Assembly: GCA_041688155.1 (NCBI GenBank)
Contig: JBDNIW010000003.1
Span: 5,555-69,554, forward strand
Length of the DNA: 64,000 nucleotides
Reading direction: 5' to 3'
Source: Minisyncoccota bacterium
GTDB lineage: Bacteria; Patescibacteriota; Minisyncoccia; Phycocordibacterales; UBA918
Part shown: positions 18,423 to 27,936 of the stretch, in pieces
How the letters are laid out: each line of letters begins with the position of its first letter
How positions within the stretch are numbered: position 1 is the stretch's first letter
Position numbers and translations under genes: made by a program
Notes under the pieces: model-generated
The model's input: only the letters and a program-made list of their open reading frames with translations
What the model was told of the DNA's origin: nothing
The model's database searches: none

Positions 18423-20945
18423 ATGTCATTTTTAGATAGATTTTTCGGCCCCACCTACCAGAAAGAACTCAAACAGCTACAACCGCTCGTCGAGGCGATT
18501 AACGCCAAAGAAACGGCGCTTGAAGCCCTGACTGACGCTGATTTACCGGTCAAACTGGCTGCATACAAGCAGCAGATCACTGACGGAGCGTCCCTCGACG
18601 ACGTCCTAGTTGACGTGTTTGCCCTCACCCGCGAGGCGACCAAGCGAACCATGGCCATGCGTCACTATGACGTACAGCTCATCGGCGGTATGATCCTGCA
18701 CAAAGGCAAGATTACTGAGATGCGCACCGGGGAAGGCAAGACCCTCGTCGCGACTCTACCAGCAACCCTCAACGCCTTAACTGGCAAAGGCGTACACGTG
18801 ATTACCGTTAACGACTACCTCGCGCGACGCGACGCTGTGTGGATGGGTCAGATTTATGCAGCGATGGGGCTGACAGTGGGGATTGTGAACTCCGTTGGTT
18901 CATTTCGATATGACCCAACCCATGAGGAGAAAGACGCCGAGCGTGACGCCGAAGGCTCTTACAAAATCGTCTATGAATTCCTCCGACCTTGCACCCGACA
19001 AGAGGCCTACCAGGCGGACATCACCTACGGCACCAACAGTGAGTTCGGGTTTGACTACCTGCGGGATAACATCGAGTACGAAGTAGCCAACCTGCGACAG
19101 CTCAACCACGCGTACGCCATCATCGATGAGATCGACTCGATTTTGATCGACGAAGCCCGCACGCCGTTGATCATCTCAGCACCAGCACCAGACACGGCTA
19201 ATCTATACACCACGTTTGCCCAGATTTCAGCTCGCTTGAAAGAGGGCGAGCACTACATCCTCGACGAAAAAGCCAAATCAGCCTCCCTCACAGATGCCGG
19301 TATTGAGGTAGCCGAGCAAGCGCTCGGGATTGAGAACATCTACACCGACAAAGGCATCAAGTACGTCCACCACCTCGAAACAGCGGTCAAGGCCAGCGCG
19401 ATTTTTATCAAAGACATCGAGTACGTGGTCCAGGGTGGGCAAGTGGTTATCGTCGATCAGTCAACTGGTCGGCTATCACCGGGTCGCCGGTGGTCAGATG
19501 GCCTGCACCAAGCGGTTGAGGCCAAAGAAGGCGTCGAGATCCAAAAAGAATCCCGCACGTTTGCCTCAATTACCTACCAGAACTATTTCCGCATGTACGA
19601 CAAACTGTCTGGTATGACCGGAACAGCCCTCACCTCACAAGAGGAATTCTTTACCGTGTACGACCTCGAGGTCATCCCGGTCCCGACCAACCGCGAAGTG
19701 CGTCGACTCGATCGCAACGACCTGATCTACCAAAACGAAACTGGCAAGTTTGAGGCCATCATCCGAAAGGTAAAAGAGGTGCACGCCACCGGGCAACCAT
19801 TGCTGATTGGTACGGCGTCGATCGACTCAAACGAGCGACTCGCGGCGGCTCTCGACCAGGCCAACATCAAACACCAGATGCTCAACGCCAAGAACCACGA
19901 GCACGAAGGTGAGATCATTGCGGCCGCCGGCCGCAAAGGTGCCGTGACACTCGCAACCAACATGGCCGGTCGAGGAGTCGACATCAAACTCGGCGGTCCA
20001 GAAGCGACCGAAGCACAGGCGACCGAGATCAAAGACCTCGGTGGACTGTTCGTCCTAGGGACCGAGCGACACGAAGCCCGCCGGATCGACAACCAGCTGC
20101 GCGGGCGATCAGGGCGACAGGGTGACAAAGGTGAGACGCAGTTTTTCGTCTCAATGGACGATTCACTCATGCGCGTGTTTGGTGGCGAGCGCGTCAAAAA
20201 CATGATGGGTACGTTCAAAATCCCCACCGATCAGCCGATTGAACTGGGGATGATTTCACGCACCCTCGAAAGCGCCCAAACCAAAATCGAAGGTTTTCAC
20301 TTTGATTCCCGTAAGCAAATCCTCGCCTACGATGACGTGCTCAACAAACAGCGCCAGCAGCTCTATATCGTCCGTCGTGGATTACTCGAGGCAGACGCGG
20401 AGAAAATCGCTGATTTCACCGAGAAAATGTACGAGCAAATCCCAGAATCTCGGCAAATAACCCAGACTAAACAACAAGAACTTGGAGAAGACGTATTTAA
20501 AGACATATTCCGCCGACTGTCGCTACAGATCCTCGATATGCTCTGGGTTGAGCACCTTGAAGTTATGACCTTTACCAGGTCGAGCGTGAACCTACGCGCC
20601 TACGGCCAGCGTGACCCCCTGATTGAGTACCGCAAAGAAGGCACCCGGTTGTTCAGAGAAATGCAGGAGGCAGTCTACGGACGGATAGTGGCCGCGCTCC
20701 CACAAGTGCAGCCGCAAGTCGTGCAAGCCGAAGAAGAGCAACGCAAACAAGAAGCGCAAGCCGCCCAAAAAAGCGCCGGTGCACAGACGGCAGCCAAACC
20801 ACAAAAATCAGCACCAGTCACCAAGGAGCACACTTTTGGCCGCAACGACCTAGTGACCGTGACAGACGGTACCGATACCCAAGAACTCAAATACAAAAAA
20901 GCCGAGCCACTACTCGCTGCTGGTTGGACAGTGGTCGAGAAATAA
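18423..20945 (+). CDS. secA: Preprotein translocase subunit SecA
   Basis: MRTGEGKT, DEIDSILIDEARTPLIIS, ATNMAGRG and QLRGRSGRQGD motifs. Confidence 0.98.
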   Translation: MSFLDRFFGPTYQKELKQLQPLVEAINAKETALEALTDADLPVKLAAYKQQITDGASLDDVLVDVFALTREATKRTMAMRHYDVQLIGGMILHKGKITEMRTGEGKTLVATLPATLNALTGKGVHVITVNDYLARRDAVWMGQIYAAMGLTVGIVNSVGSFRYDPTHEEKDAERDAEGSYKIVYEFLRPCTRQEAYQADITYGTNSEFGFDYLRDNIEYEVANLRQLNHAYAIIDEIDSILIDEARTPLIISAPAPDTANLYTTFAQISARLKEGEHYILDEKAKSASLTDAGIEVAEQALGIENIYTDKGIKYVHHLETAVKASAIFIKDIEYVVQGGQVVIVDQSTGRLSPGRRWSDGLHQAVEAKEGVEIQKESRTFASITYQNYFRMYDKLSGMTGTALTSQEEFFTVYDLEVIPVPTNREVRRLDRNDLIYQNETGKFEAIIRKVKEVHATGQPLLIGTASIDSNERLAAALDQANIKHQMLNAKNHEHEGEIIAAAGRKGAVTLATNMAGRGVDIKLGGPEATEAQATEIKDLGGLFVLGTERHEARRIDNQLRGRSGRQGDKGETQFFVSMDDSLMRVFGGERVKNMMGTFKIPTDQPIELGMISRTLESAQTKIEGFHFDSRKQILAYDDVLNKQRQQLYIVRRGLLEADAEKIADFTEKMYEQIPESRQITQTKQQELGEDVFKDIFRRLSLQILDMLWVEHLEVMTFTRSSVNLRAYGQRDPLIEYRKEGTRLFREMQEAVYGRIVAALPQVQPQVVQAEEEQRKQEAQAAQKSAGAQTAAKPQKSAPVTKEHTFGRNDLVTVTDGTDTQELKYKKAEPLLAAGWTVVEK

Positions 20946-20982
20946 TTTTGCGAAAATAATCAGAGTCGGTATACTACGAGCA

Positions 20983-21318
20983 ATGACATTCATTGCTCGT
21001 TTTCTGTTTGGGGTACTAGGGTTACTCGTCATTGCTGAGTTTGTTCCTGGTATCAACCTGGAGGGAGTCTACACCGCTATCATCGCCGTGTTTATTTTGG
21101 GACTGCTCAATGCTTTTGTGCGGCCGATATTATTCATCCTCACCCTACCGATTACAATTATCACGCTAGGGCTATTTTCCTTTGTAATTAACGCTGGATT
21201 GTTCATATTTGTAGCTTCGTTCGTTGACGGTTTTGACGTCGTCAATTTCTGGTATGCCTTACTAGGATCGTTGTTAATGACTATCGTCAACATGCTTGGA
21301 TCATCTTGGATCAAGTAG
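20983..21318 (+). CDS. 4-TM phage-holin-like membrane protein (YvlD/DUF360 family)
   Basis: LNAFVRPILFILTLPITIITLGLFSFVINA signature. Confidence 0.85.
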   Translation: MTFIARFLFGVLGLLVIAEFVPGINLEGVYTAIIAVFILGLLNAFVRPILFILTLPITIITLGLFSFVINAGLFIFVASFVDGFDVVNFWYALLGSLLMTIVNMLGSSWIK

Positions 21319-21356
21319 CCATTGCTATCTACCAGTACCTGCGGTAGTCTACTGAC

Positions 21357-22340
21357 ATGTTTGTAGATGAATTAACTATATATGCTAAAGCAGGTGACGG
21401 CGGCAACGGGGTTGTTCGCTGGCGCCAAGAAAAATTTATGCCCATGGGCGGCCCAGCTGGTGGTAACGGTGGTAGCGGCGGTGACGTGTACGTGCGGGCC
21501 GTCAAAGACCTCAACCGACTATCAAAACACACTGGAAACAAACGGTTTATAGCTACTCGAGGTGAAAACGGTACCAACCGGTCCCAGCACGGCAGTAACG
21601 CCGAGGATTTTTATATCGACATCCCGCTTGGTTCCAAGGTCACCGACATCGCTCGTAATCGTGTATTCGAGATTACTGAAATAGGCACACCAGTGCGTAT
21701 TTTGAAAGGCGGCGGCGGCGGACTCGGTAACGAGTATTTCAAATCTTCCACCAACCAAACTCCGCTCGAGTCCACTGATGGTAAACCAGGCGAGGACGGT
21801 GAGTTTCTCATCGAGGTTGCATTGATGGTTGACCTTGGATTGATTGGACTCCCAAACGCCGGCAAGTCGACACTACTCAATAACCTCACCAACGCCAAAT
21901 CAAAAATCGGTGCCTACGCCTTTACCACCCTCGAGCCGCACCTGGGCGATATGTTCGGGTACACCATCGCTGACATCCCGGGATTGATTGAAGGTGCAGC
22001 AGCAGGGAAAGGGCTCGGGCACAAATTTTTGCGCCATGTCTCACGCACCAAAATGCTCCTACACCTAGTCTCACTTGAGAACGATGATGTTGAACACACC
22101 TATAACACCATTCGTAACGAGCTAGAATCATACGCCCACGCCCTAACAGAGAAAGAAGAATGGATTATTCTTACCAAAAAAGACCTTGTAGAACAGAGCT
22201 ATATTGACAAGGTAGTGGCTACTCTTGCTAAAACTGAAAAACGTGTCTTTGTTATCGCAGAAAACGACCGAGATTCCATCAAACATTTACAAGACGAACT
22301 GGTAACTCATATTCGTACCACGTACAATACTGCACAGTAA
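21357..22340 (+). CDS. obgE: GTPase ObgE
   Basis: FVDE..AGDGGNG Gly-rich Obg domain; GLPNAGKS; DIPGLIEGA. Confidence 0.97.
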   Translation: MFVDELTIYAKAGDGGNGVVRWRQEKFMPMGGPAGGNGGSGGDVYVRAVKDLNRLSKHTGNKRFIATRGENGTNRSQHGSNAEDFYIDIPLGSKVTDIARNRVFEITEIGTPVRILKGGGGGLGNEYFKSSTNQTPLESTDGKPGEDGEFLIEVALMVDLGLIGLPNAGKSTLLNNLTNAKSKIGAYAFTTLEPHLGDMFGYTIADIPGLIEGAAAGKGLGHKFLRHVSRTKMLLHLVSLENDDVEHTYNTIRNELESYAHALTEKEEWIILTKKDLVEQSYIDKVVATLAKTEKRVFVIAENDRDSIKHLQDELVTHIRTTYNTAQ

Positions 22341-22349
22341 TGACGAGCT

Positions 22350-23753
22350 ATGAAATATTTCCCCACCATTGGTTTAGAAGTCCATGCCGAATTGTGCACG
22401 CAATCAAAAATGTTCTGTGGTTGCAAAAACGAACCACACGCAGCTGCGGTCAATTCCCACGTTTGCCCGGTGTGTCTCGCACACCCAGGAACCCTTCCGG
22501 TTCCCAACCAAGAAGCAATCGAAATGGTGCTGCGGTTTGGTCAAGCGGTCGGTGCGACCAAAGCCGATTTTTCTGAATTCGATCGCAAGAACTATTTTTA
22601 TCCCGATATCCCTAAGGCCTACCAGATTAGTCAGTACGCGTTCCCATTTCTGACCGGTGGAGTGTTGCAAAACATTGCACTCACTCGAGTCCATCTCGAA
22701 GAAGACACCGCTAGAAGTAGTCACGAAAATCCAGCGGGGAGTGAAGTTGATTTTAACCGAGCTGGAGTGCCACTGATGGAACTCGTGACCGAGCCGGTGA
22801 TTCATGACGCCAAGACTGCCGGGGACTTTGCTCGTGAGTTGCAATTGATTCTCCGAACATTGGGGATCTCTGAAGCAAATATGGAAAAAGGCGAAATGCG
22901 GGTTGAAGCAAACATTTCCATCAGTCCAATTGAAGGGGAGTTAGGGACCAAAGTCGAAGTCAAAAACATCAACTCGTTCAAAGCGGTCGAAGCCGCAATC
23001 GAGTATGAGATCAAGCGGCATGCCGCTGCTCTCGATGCCGGACAGACACTGATGCAAGAGACAAGAGGGTGGGACGAGAATGCCAACCAGACATTTAGCC
23101 AGCGATCCAAAGAAACCGCCAAAGACTACCGTTACTTCCCAGACCCAGACATCCCCAAAATCAAAACCTCCGAGATTCCAACCTTCCGAGATTCGGTTTT
23201 AGCCGAGAAAATACCAATTCTACCGAATGAAAAAAGGGTTGAATACAAATTGTACGGTTTGACAGAACAGATGTCCGAAACCATCATTTCGGACAATAAG
23301 TTGGACACCCTTTTTCGACAAGTGGTGAGTATATTGCAGCCTGAGCACAGCGGTGCTATTGCACTGGCCGCTAACTACATATCAGTAGACCTCAGTCATA
23401 GCGACCTACTCGATACGATAGCCAGCGAGTCACTCGCAGAGTTGATGCGCTTGATACACGCAGGGGATGTAGGCTCACGTGGAGCCAAGGATTTGTTGCC
23501 TAAACTAGCAAATTATACTGGGAGTGTGGCTGATCTAGCTAGGTTGGAGGGTGTGATACAGAACTCTGACCCCGCAGCCCTGCAAGTACTGATAACAGCC
23601 ATTGTACAAGATAATCCAACGCAAGTAGCGGAGTATAGAGCTGGTAAAGAAACCGTCCTTAAATTCCTAATTGGGCAAGGAATGAAGTCATCAAAAGGCA
23701 CCGCCAACCCAGCTATCCTCGAGCAGTTGCTCGTCGACGAGATAAGCAAATAA
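22350..23753 (+). CDS. gatB: Asp/Glu-tRNA amidotransferase subunit B
   Basis: IGLEVH, FDRKNYFYPD, HLEED, DFNRAGVPLMELVTEP and DYRYFPDPD motifs. Confidence 0.97.
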   Translation: MKYFPTIGLEVHAELCTQSKMFCGCKNEPHAAAVNSHVCPVCLAHPGTLPVPNQEAIEMVLRFGQAVGATKADFSEFDRKNYFYPDIPKAYQISQYAFPFLTGGVLQNIALTRVHLEEDTARSSHENPAGSEVDFNRAGVPLMELVTEPVIHDAKTAGDFARELQLILRTLGISEANMEKGEMRVEANISISPIEGELGTKVEVKNINSFKAVEAAIEYEIKRHAAALDAGQTLMQETRGWDENANQTFSQRSKETAKDYRYFPDPDIPKIKTSEIPTFRDSVLAEKIPILPNEKRVEYKLYGLTEQMSETIISDNKLDTLFRQVVSILQPEHSGAIALAANYISVDLSHSDLLDTIASESLAELMRLIHAGDVGSRGAKDLLPKLANYTGSVADLARLEGVIQNSDPAALQVLITAIVQDNPTQVAEYRAGKETVLKFLIGQGMKSSKGTANPAILEQLLVDEISK

Positions 23754-23768
23754 TCCACAGGTAGAGTG

Positions 23769-23797
23769 AAATAATCTCGCTGTGCGAGATTATTTTT
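23769..23797 (+). terminator. Inverted repeat after gatB (terminator or operator)
   Basis: aaataatctcgc-tgt-gcgagattattt followed by Ts. Confidence 0.6.
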
Positions 23798-23812
23798 GGT
23801 ATACTTGAAGCA

Positions 23813-24709
23813 GTGGAAAAAATCTCGTTTGGTAATAAGGAATACGTCAAAGCTTCTGACATAGCCAAGAAATTTCGTTATACGCAAGACTACGTCGGAC
23901 AGCTATGCCGGGGTGACAAAGTCGACGCTCGACTGGTTGGTCGCGTGTGGTACATCAATCCCGAGTCGGTCACAGAGTATCGCAAAACCAAACACAGCAC
24001 GCAAAAGCAATCAGCGAGTGCCAGTCACCCTGTCGCTATAAAAACCACTAAATCAAGGGTGGAACCAGTTGTGCGACCAAAAACAGCCAGAAATCTACCC
24101 GGTACTGGGCTGACTAGGGCAGACAACGGATCAGCTTCAGTTCGAACGAGTTATTCAAGTGATGCTGCATCAGTCATTCCAGTCCTACACAGCAAAGGTA
24201 AGTCACCCAAAACGCTTACCACCCAAACTGCCCCAGAGCCGGTCAAATCCAAACCGGTCATCATCAAAATCCGGCGTCATAGTAAAAAACCAACTCACTA
24301 CGTTACCGAGAAAACACTTGAGACAGCCCTGCAATCAAAGCTGCGTATAACTGAGTCTACTGACGCTGACGAAATACCACCACTATCAAAAATAACCAAT
24401 TCAGCGACTGCCAGCAAGGTGATAGCTAGAGCAATAAACCATCCAGCGGTGATCCAGGTGACCGCAGCCAACGGACAAACTCAAGAGCTAGAATCAACAC
24501 CAGTAGAACTAGAGGAAACTGAACCAGTTACCAAAAGTCAGCGTCACAGCAAGCTACTTTTCTTTGCGGTTGCTAGCATTACAATCGCTGGATGTGTTCT
24601 GGTCCTTGGACTTCAGTCTTACACCGAAGTGTCCGAAGTGAGTCGACAATCAGGCGTCACTTTTGAGTGGGCAACACTACTCCAAAGAGTTACCGGAATC
24701 CTAAAATAG
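23813..24709 (+). CDS. HTH (Xis/MerR-like) protein with low-complexity linker and C-terminal TM
   Basis: YVKASDIAKKFRYTQDYVGQLCRGDKVDARLVGRVWYI; hydrophobic LLFFAVASITIAGCVLVLGL. Confidence 0.75.
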   Translation: MEKISFGNKEYVKASDIAKKFRYTQDYVGQLCRGDKVDARLVGRVWYINPESVTEYRKTKHSTQKQSASASHPVAIKTTKSRVEPVVRPKTARNLPGTGLTRADNGSASVRTSYSSDAASVIPVLHSKGKSPKTLTTQTAPEPVKSKPVIIKIRRHSKKPTHYVTEKTLETALQSKLRITESTDADEIPPLSKITNSATASKVIARAINHPAVIQVTAANGQTQELESTPVELEETEPVTKSQRHSKLLFFAVASITIAGCVLVLGLQSYTEVSEVSRQSGVTFEWATLLQRVTGILK

Positions 24710-24752
24710 TTACTCACAGGTAGGTCTAAAAAGTATCCAACATAGCTATATC

Positions 24753-25034
24753 GTGAATACACCCACCCTCCTCATTAATGAAAAAGTATTCGTTCCCGGC
24801 AAAGAAGCAGCGGTAGAATTTGGGTACTCCACTGATCACCTCACACGCCTCGCCAGGACTAGAGAAATCATAGCTCTCCAGGTTGGGCGACGGTGGTTTG
24901 TACAGCGAGATTTCTTGAGCAGTTACGTGCTGGAGCAGCAGCTAGAAGCAACGGCCAGACAGTCAGACCTCAGTCACCGTAGGCAGTCAGAATTAGTGCT
25001 GCGGTCGGGTGTTTTATACCGCTTTTGTAATTGA
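24753..25034 (+). CDS. Second Xis/MerR-like HTH protein, probably truncated
   Basis: EAAVEFGYSTDHLTRLARTREIIALQVGRRWFV is paralogous to the HTH of the 23813 gene. Confidence 0.65.
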   Translation: MNTPTLLINEKVFVPGKEAAVEFGYSTDHLTRLARTREIIALQVGRRWFVQRDFLSSYVLEQQLEATARQSDLSHRRQSELVLRSGVLYRFCN

Positions 25035-25701
25035 TCCCAACGATTTGATTTCTTCGGGTGCAATTACTCAGGTTATTCGCTTTGGTTCACCAGTAGTACC
25101 TGGTTTGCCGGTGCAGCCGGTTTTTGAGGTGTCTGACCAGGGAGACCCAGAACTGGACCCAACGAGTCAACCTGTCGTTCCCGTCGTTGAGATTTTGGCT
25201 ACGGACATGCCGCCGGCATCTGGGATTGAGGTGCAGCAAGCAGAGTTGCTGTATACATTTGCCAGTAGCACGATGTCTCTCTCAGCAGCAGGGCCGTTTG
25301 CGGTTAGCATCGCCGCTGATTTGATTGCGGGTGATTTCAAAACTATTGTTGCGACGCTGCGTGACCCGCGTGGATCAGGAAAAGTGTTTTCATTCTTGTT
25401 GCGCCTAAACGCAGAGCAGACAGCCTACCAGGCGGTGATTGCGCCAGTACTAGTACCTGGGGTGTCTGATTTGATGGTTGAGATTTATGACTACGACGCA
25501 TTGGTGGTGGCTCGCTACCTGACTACGGTGACTTTTGCGGCAGATGAACGCGTCGCTAGCACATCACTCGAATCACTCTGGTTGAGCCTAGTCAGTGGAC
25601 TGTGGGCTAGTCTGCTAGTGATACCGTTCTTAGTTTTGGGTGGATTGTGGTTTATTTTTAGAAAACGGTTCGCTGCAGATGAGGATAAAGAGGCCACATA
25701 A
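25009..25701 (+). CDS. Hypothetical protein with C-terminal TM anchor (possibly N-terminally truncated)
   Basis: Beta-rich domain, then TM and RKR tail. Weak GTG start overlapping the upstream ORF. Confidence 0.55.
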   Translation: MFYTAFVIDPNDLISSGAITQVIRFGSPVVPGLPVQPVFEVSDQGDPELDPTSQPVVPVVEILATDMPPASGIEVQQAELLYTFASSTMSLSAAGPFAVSIAADLIAGDFKTIVATLRDPRGSGKVFSFLLRLNAEQTAYQAVIAPVLVPGVSDLMVEIYDYDALVVARYLTTVTFAADERVASTSLESLWLSLVSGLWASLLVIPFLVLGGLWFIFRKRFAADEDKEAT

Positions 25702-25757
25702 ATCTGCGATACTTGTATACTAGATACCAGGTATTTAACTAATGAATTTGATCATCT

Positions 25758-26786
25758 ATGAAACGGGTAGCAATTAACGGATTTGGAAGAATTGGACGGA
25801 CGTTCTTGCGCACAGCGTTTGGGCACAAAGATTTTGAGGTAGTCGCTATCAATGACCTTGGTTCGCTTGAGAATTTAGCGTACTTACTCAAATACGACTC
25901 AGTATATGGACGCGCTCCGTTTACGGTCGAAGTTGCAGACGGTAAATTGATGGTGCAAGGAAAAGAGATTTCGTTCACCCAAGAGCGAGACCCAGAGAAA
26001 CTCCCCTGGGGAGCGCAGAACATCGACATCGTCGTCGAGTCCACTGGATTGTATGCGTCCTACGAAGCGTCCAAAAAACACCTCACCGCTGGCGCTAAGC
26101 GAGTTGTCATTTCGGCACCTGTGAAAGACGATGCGGCAGCTGCTGGTATCAACGGAGCAACAGTACTGATGGGGGTTAACGACGACCAGCTCAAGGTCTG
26201 TGACATCTCTTCCAATGCCTCGTGTACGACTAACGCCACTAGTCCGCTGATTGCAATTTTGAAAGAAACAATCGGTATCGAGAAAGCCATCCTTAACACC
26301 GTGCACGCGTACACATCAACCCAATCACTGGTTGATGGTCCCGGCAAAAAAGATATGCGGTCAGGCCGAGCCGCTGCGCTCAACATCATCCCGTCGTCGA
26401 CTGGAGCCGCAATCGCAACGACGATGGCACACCCAGAACTCGAGGGGGTGTTTGATGGTATTGCGATGCGTGTTCCCGTACCGGTAGGGTCGATTGTTGA
26501 TGTGACGTTTATTGCCAAGCGCAACACGACAGTTGAAGAGATTAACGAAGCGTTCAAAAAAGCCGCCGCCGACCCCCGGTGGAAAAACATCTTTGCTGCG
26601 ACTGACGAACCAATCGTGTCGAGTGACATCATCGGGTCTAGGGTGGGGTCGATTGCTGATCTCTCATTTACGCGGGTGGTTGGTGGGAACCTGGTCAAGG
26701 TGCTCGGCTGGTACGATAACGAAACGAGCTACACTCAGACGCTTGTAGAGCACGTGGCGGCGTCTGCTCGTCATATTCAATCATAA
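25758..26786 (+). CDS. gap: Glyceraldehyde-3-phosphate dehydrogenase type I
   Basis: INGFGRIGR; SNASCTTN; WYDNE. Confidence 0.98.
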   Translation: MKRVAINGFGRIGRTFLRTAFGHKDFEVVAINDLGSLENLAYLLKYDSVYGRAPFTVEVADGKLMVQGKEISFTQERDPEKLPWGAQNIDIVVESTGLYASYEASKKHLTAGAKRVVISAPVKDDAAAAGINGATVLMGVNDDQLKVCDISSNASCTTNATSPLIAILKETIGIEKAILNTVHAYTSTQSLVDGPGKKDMRSGRAAALNIIPSSTGAAIATTMAHPELEGVFDGIAMRVPVPVGSIVDVTFIAKRNTTVEEINEAFKKAAADPRWKNIFAATDEPIVSSDIIGSRVGSIADLSFTRVVGGNLVKVLGWYDNETSYTQTLVEHVAASARHIQS

Positions 26787-27250
26787 TGCGTATCCACCTC
26801 GCTACCGACCACGCCGGATACGCGCACAAAAACGCGGTTTCAGACTGGCTGACGGCGGAAGGGTTCGTGGTGGTTGACTACGGAGCTGATGTATTTGACC
26901 CAGAGGACGACTACACTGATTTCATCGTCAAAGCCGCTCACGCAGTTTCGCGCAACTCAGCCTCGGACCGAGGGATTATTTTTGGTGGCTCGGGACAAGG
27001 AGAAGCGATGCTGGCCAACCGGTTTCCAGGTGTCCGAGCGACCGTGCTGTATAGCGACACGCCACAGATTGTGGAGTTGGGGCGAGCGCATAATGATTCC
27101 AACGTACTATCTGTCGGGGCGAGGTTCCTATCGCTCGATGACACCAAAAAACACATCTGGAACTGGTTACACCTACCTGGTCCAGTTGAACCAAAACACC
27201 AACGTCGCGTCGCCAAGTTAGATGGTTTGAGTAAAAATATGCACACATGA
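26786..27250 (+). CDS. rpiB: RpiB/LacA/LacB family sugar-phosphate isomerase
   Basis: DHAG; GGSGQGE; RAHNDSNVL; HQRR. Confidence 0.92.
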   Translation: MRIHLATDHAGYAHKNAVSDWLTAEGFVVVDYGADVFDPEDDYTDFIVKAAHAVSRNSASDRGIIFGGSGQGEAMLANRFPGVRATVLYSDTPQIVELGRAHNDSNVLSVGARFLSLDDTKKHIWNWLHLPGPVEPKHQRRVAKLDGLSKNMHT

Positions 27251-27894
27251 TTCCGATTGTTCCCGCTATTATTCCTATATCAGACGCTGACCTACTGACG
27301 CAGTTAGGGCGGCTGTCTTGGTCGCCGGAGGTGCACGTTGATGTGGTTGACGGTAAATTTACCCCCCAGGCTTCTTGGCCGTGCCATCCCAAAGGTGATC
27401 CCTTTGCACTCAAGGAACACCTCGATCAGTTTACGCTCGAAGTTGACTTGATGGTAGAAAACCCGCTGCCAGCAGCGGTTGACTGGATGACCGCTGGGGC
27501 GGATATTTTGGTATTTCACGTTGAGACGATTGATGTAGATAATTTCAAAAAGTTTATCGAGTACACGCACATCACGGTCAGTATTGCGTGCCATGGGGAC
27601 ACTCCAATCGAAACGCTTCTGGAATATGCCCAGTTCGCTGAAGCTATCCAGCTCATGGGAATCAGGCAGATTGGTGCACAAGGACAACCGTTTGACCAAA
27701 CGGTGCTGCAGACAATCAGAGTGGTCAAAGCCGCTTATCCAGACAAACCAATCACCGTTGATGGTAGCGTTAACGCCGATACGTTACCGCAGCTGGTAGC
27801 TGCGGGAGCTGACCGAGTAATTGTCGGTTCAGCGATTACGCTTCAGGCCGAACCGTATGCTGCCTACGAATCCCTCGTCGCACTTATCAAATAA
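27247..27894 (+). CDS. rpe: Ribulose-phosphate 3-epimerase
   Basis: HVDVVDGKF; LMV; GAQGQPF; VDGSVN; GADRVIVGSAI. Confidence 0.88.
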   Translation: MIPIVPAIIPISDADLLTQLGRLSWSPEVHVDVVDGKFTPQASWPCHPKGDPFALKEHLDQFTLEVDLMVENPLPAAVDWMTAGADILVFHVETIDVDNFKKFIEYTHITVSIACHGDTPIETLLEYAQFAEAIQLMGIRQIGAQGQPFDQTVLQTIRVVKAAYPDKPITVDGSVNADTLPQLVAAGADRVIVGSAITLQAEPYAAYESLVALIK

Positions 27895-27936
27895 TTCCCT
27901 TGGCTCTTCCGTCGAGCCTTTGTATACTAGAGACAT

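Noticed and set aside
20983-21318. Holin as evidence of a prophage
   Set aside because: The YvlD-like family is common in core chromosomes, and no phage genes flank it.
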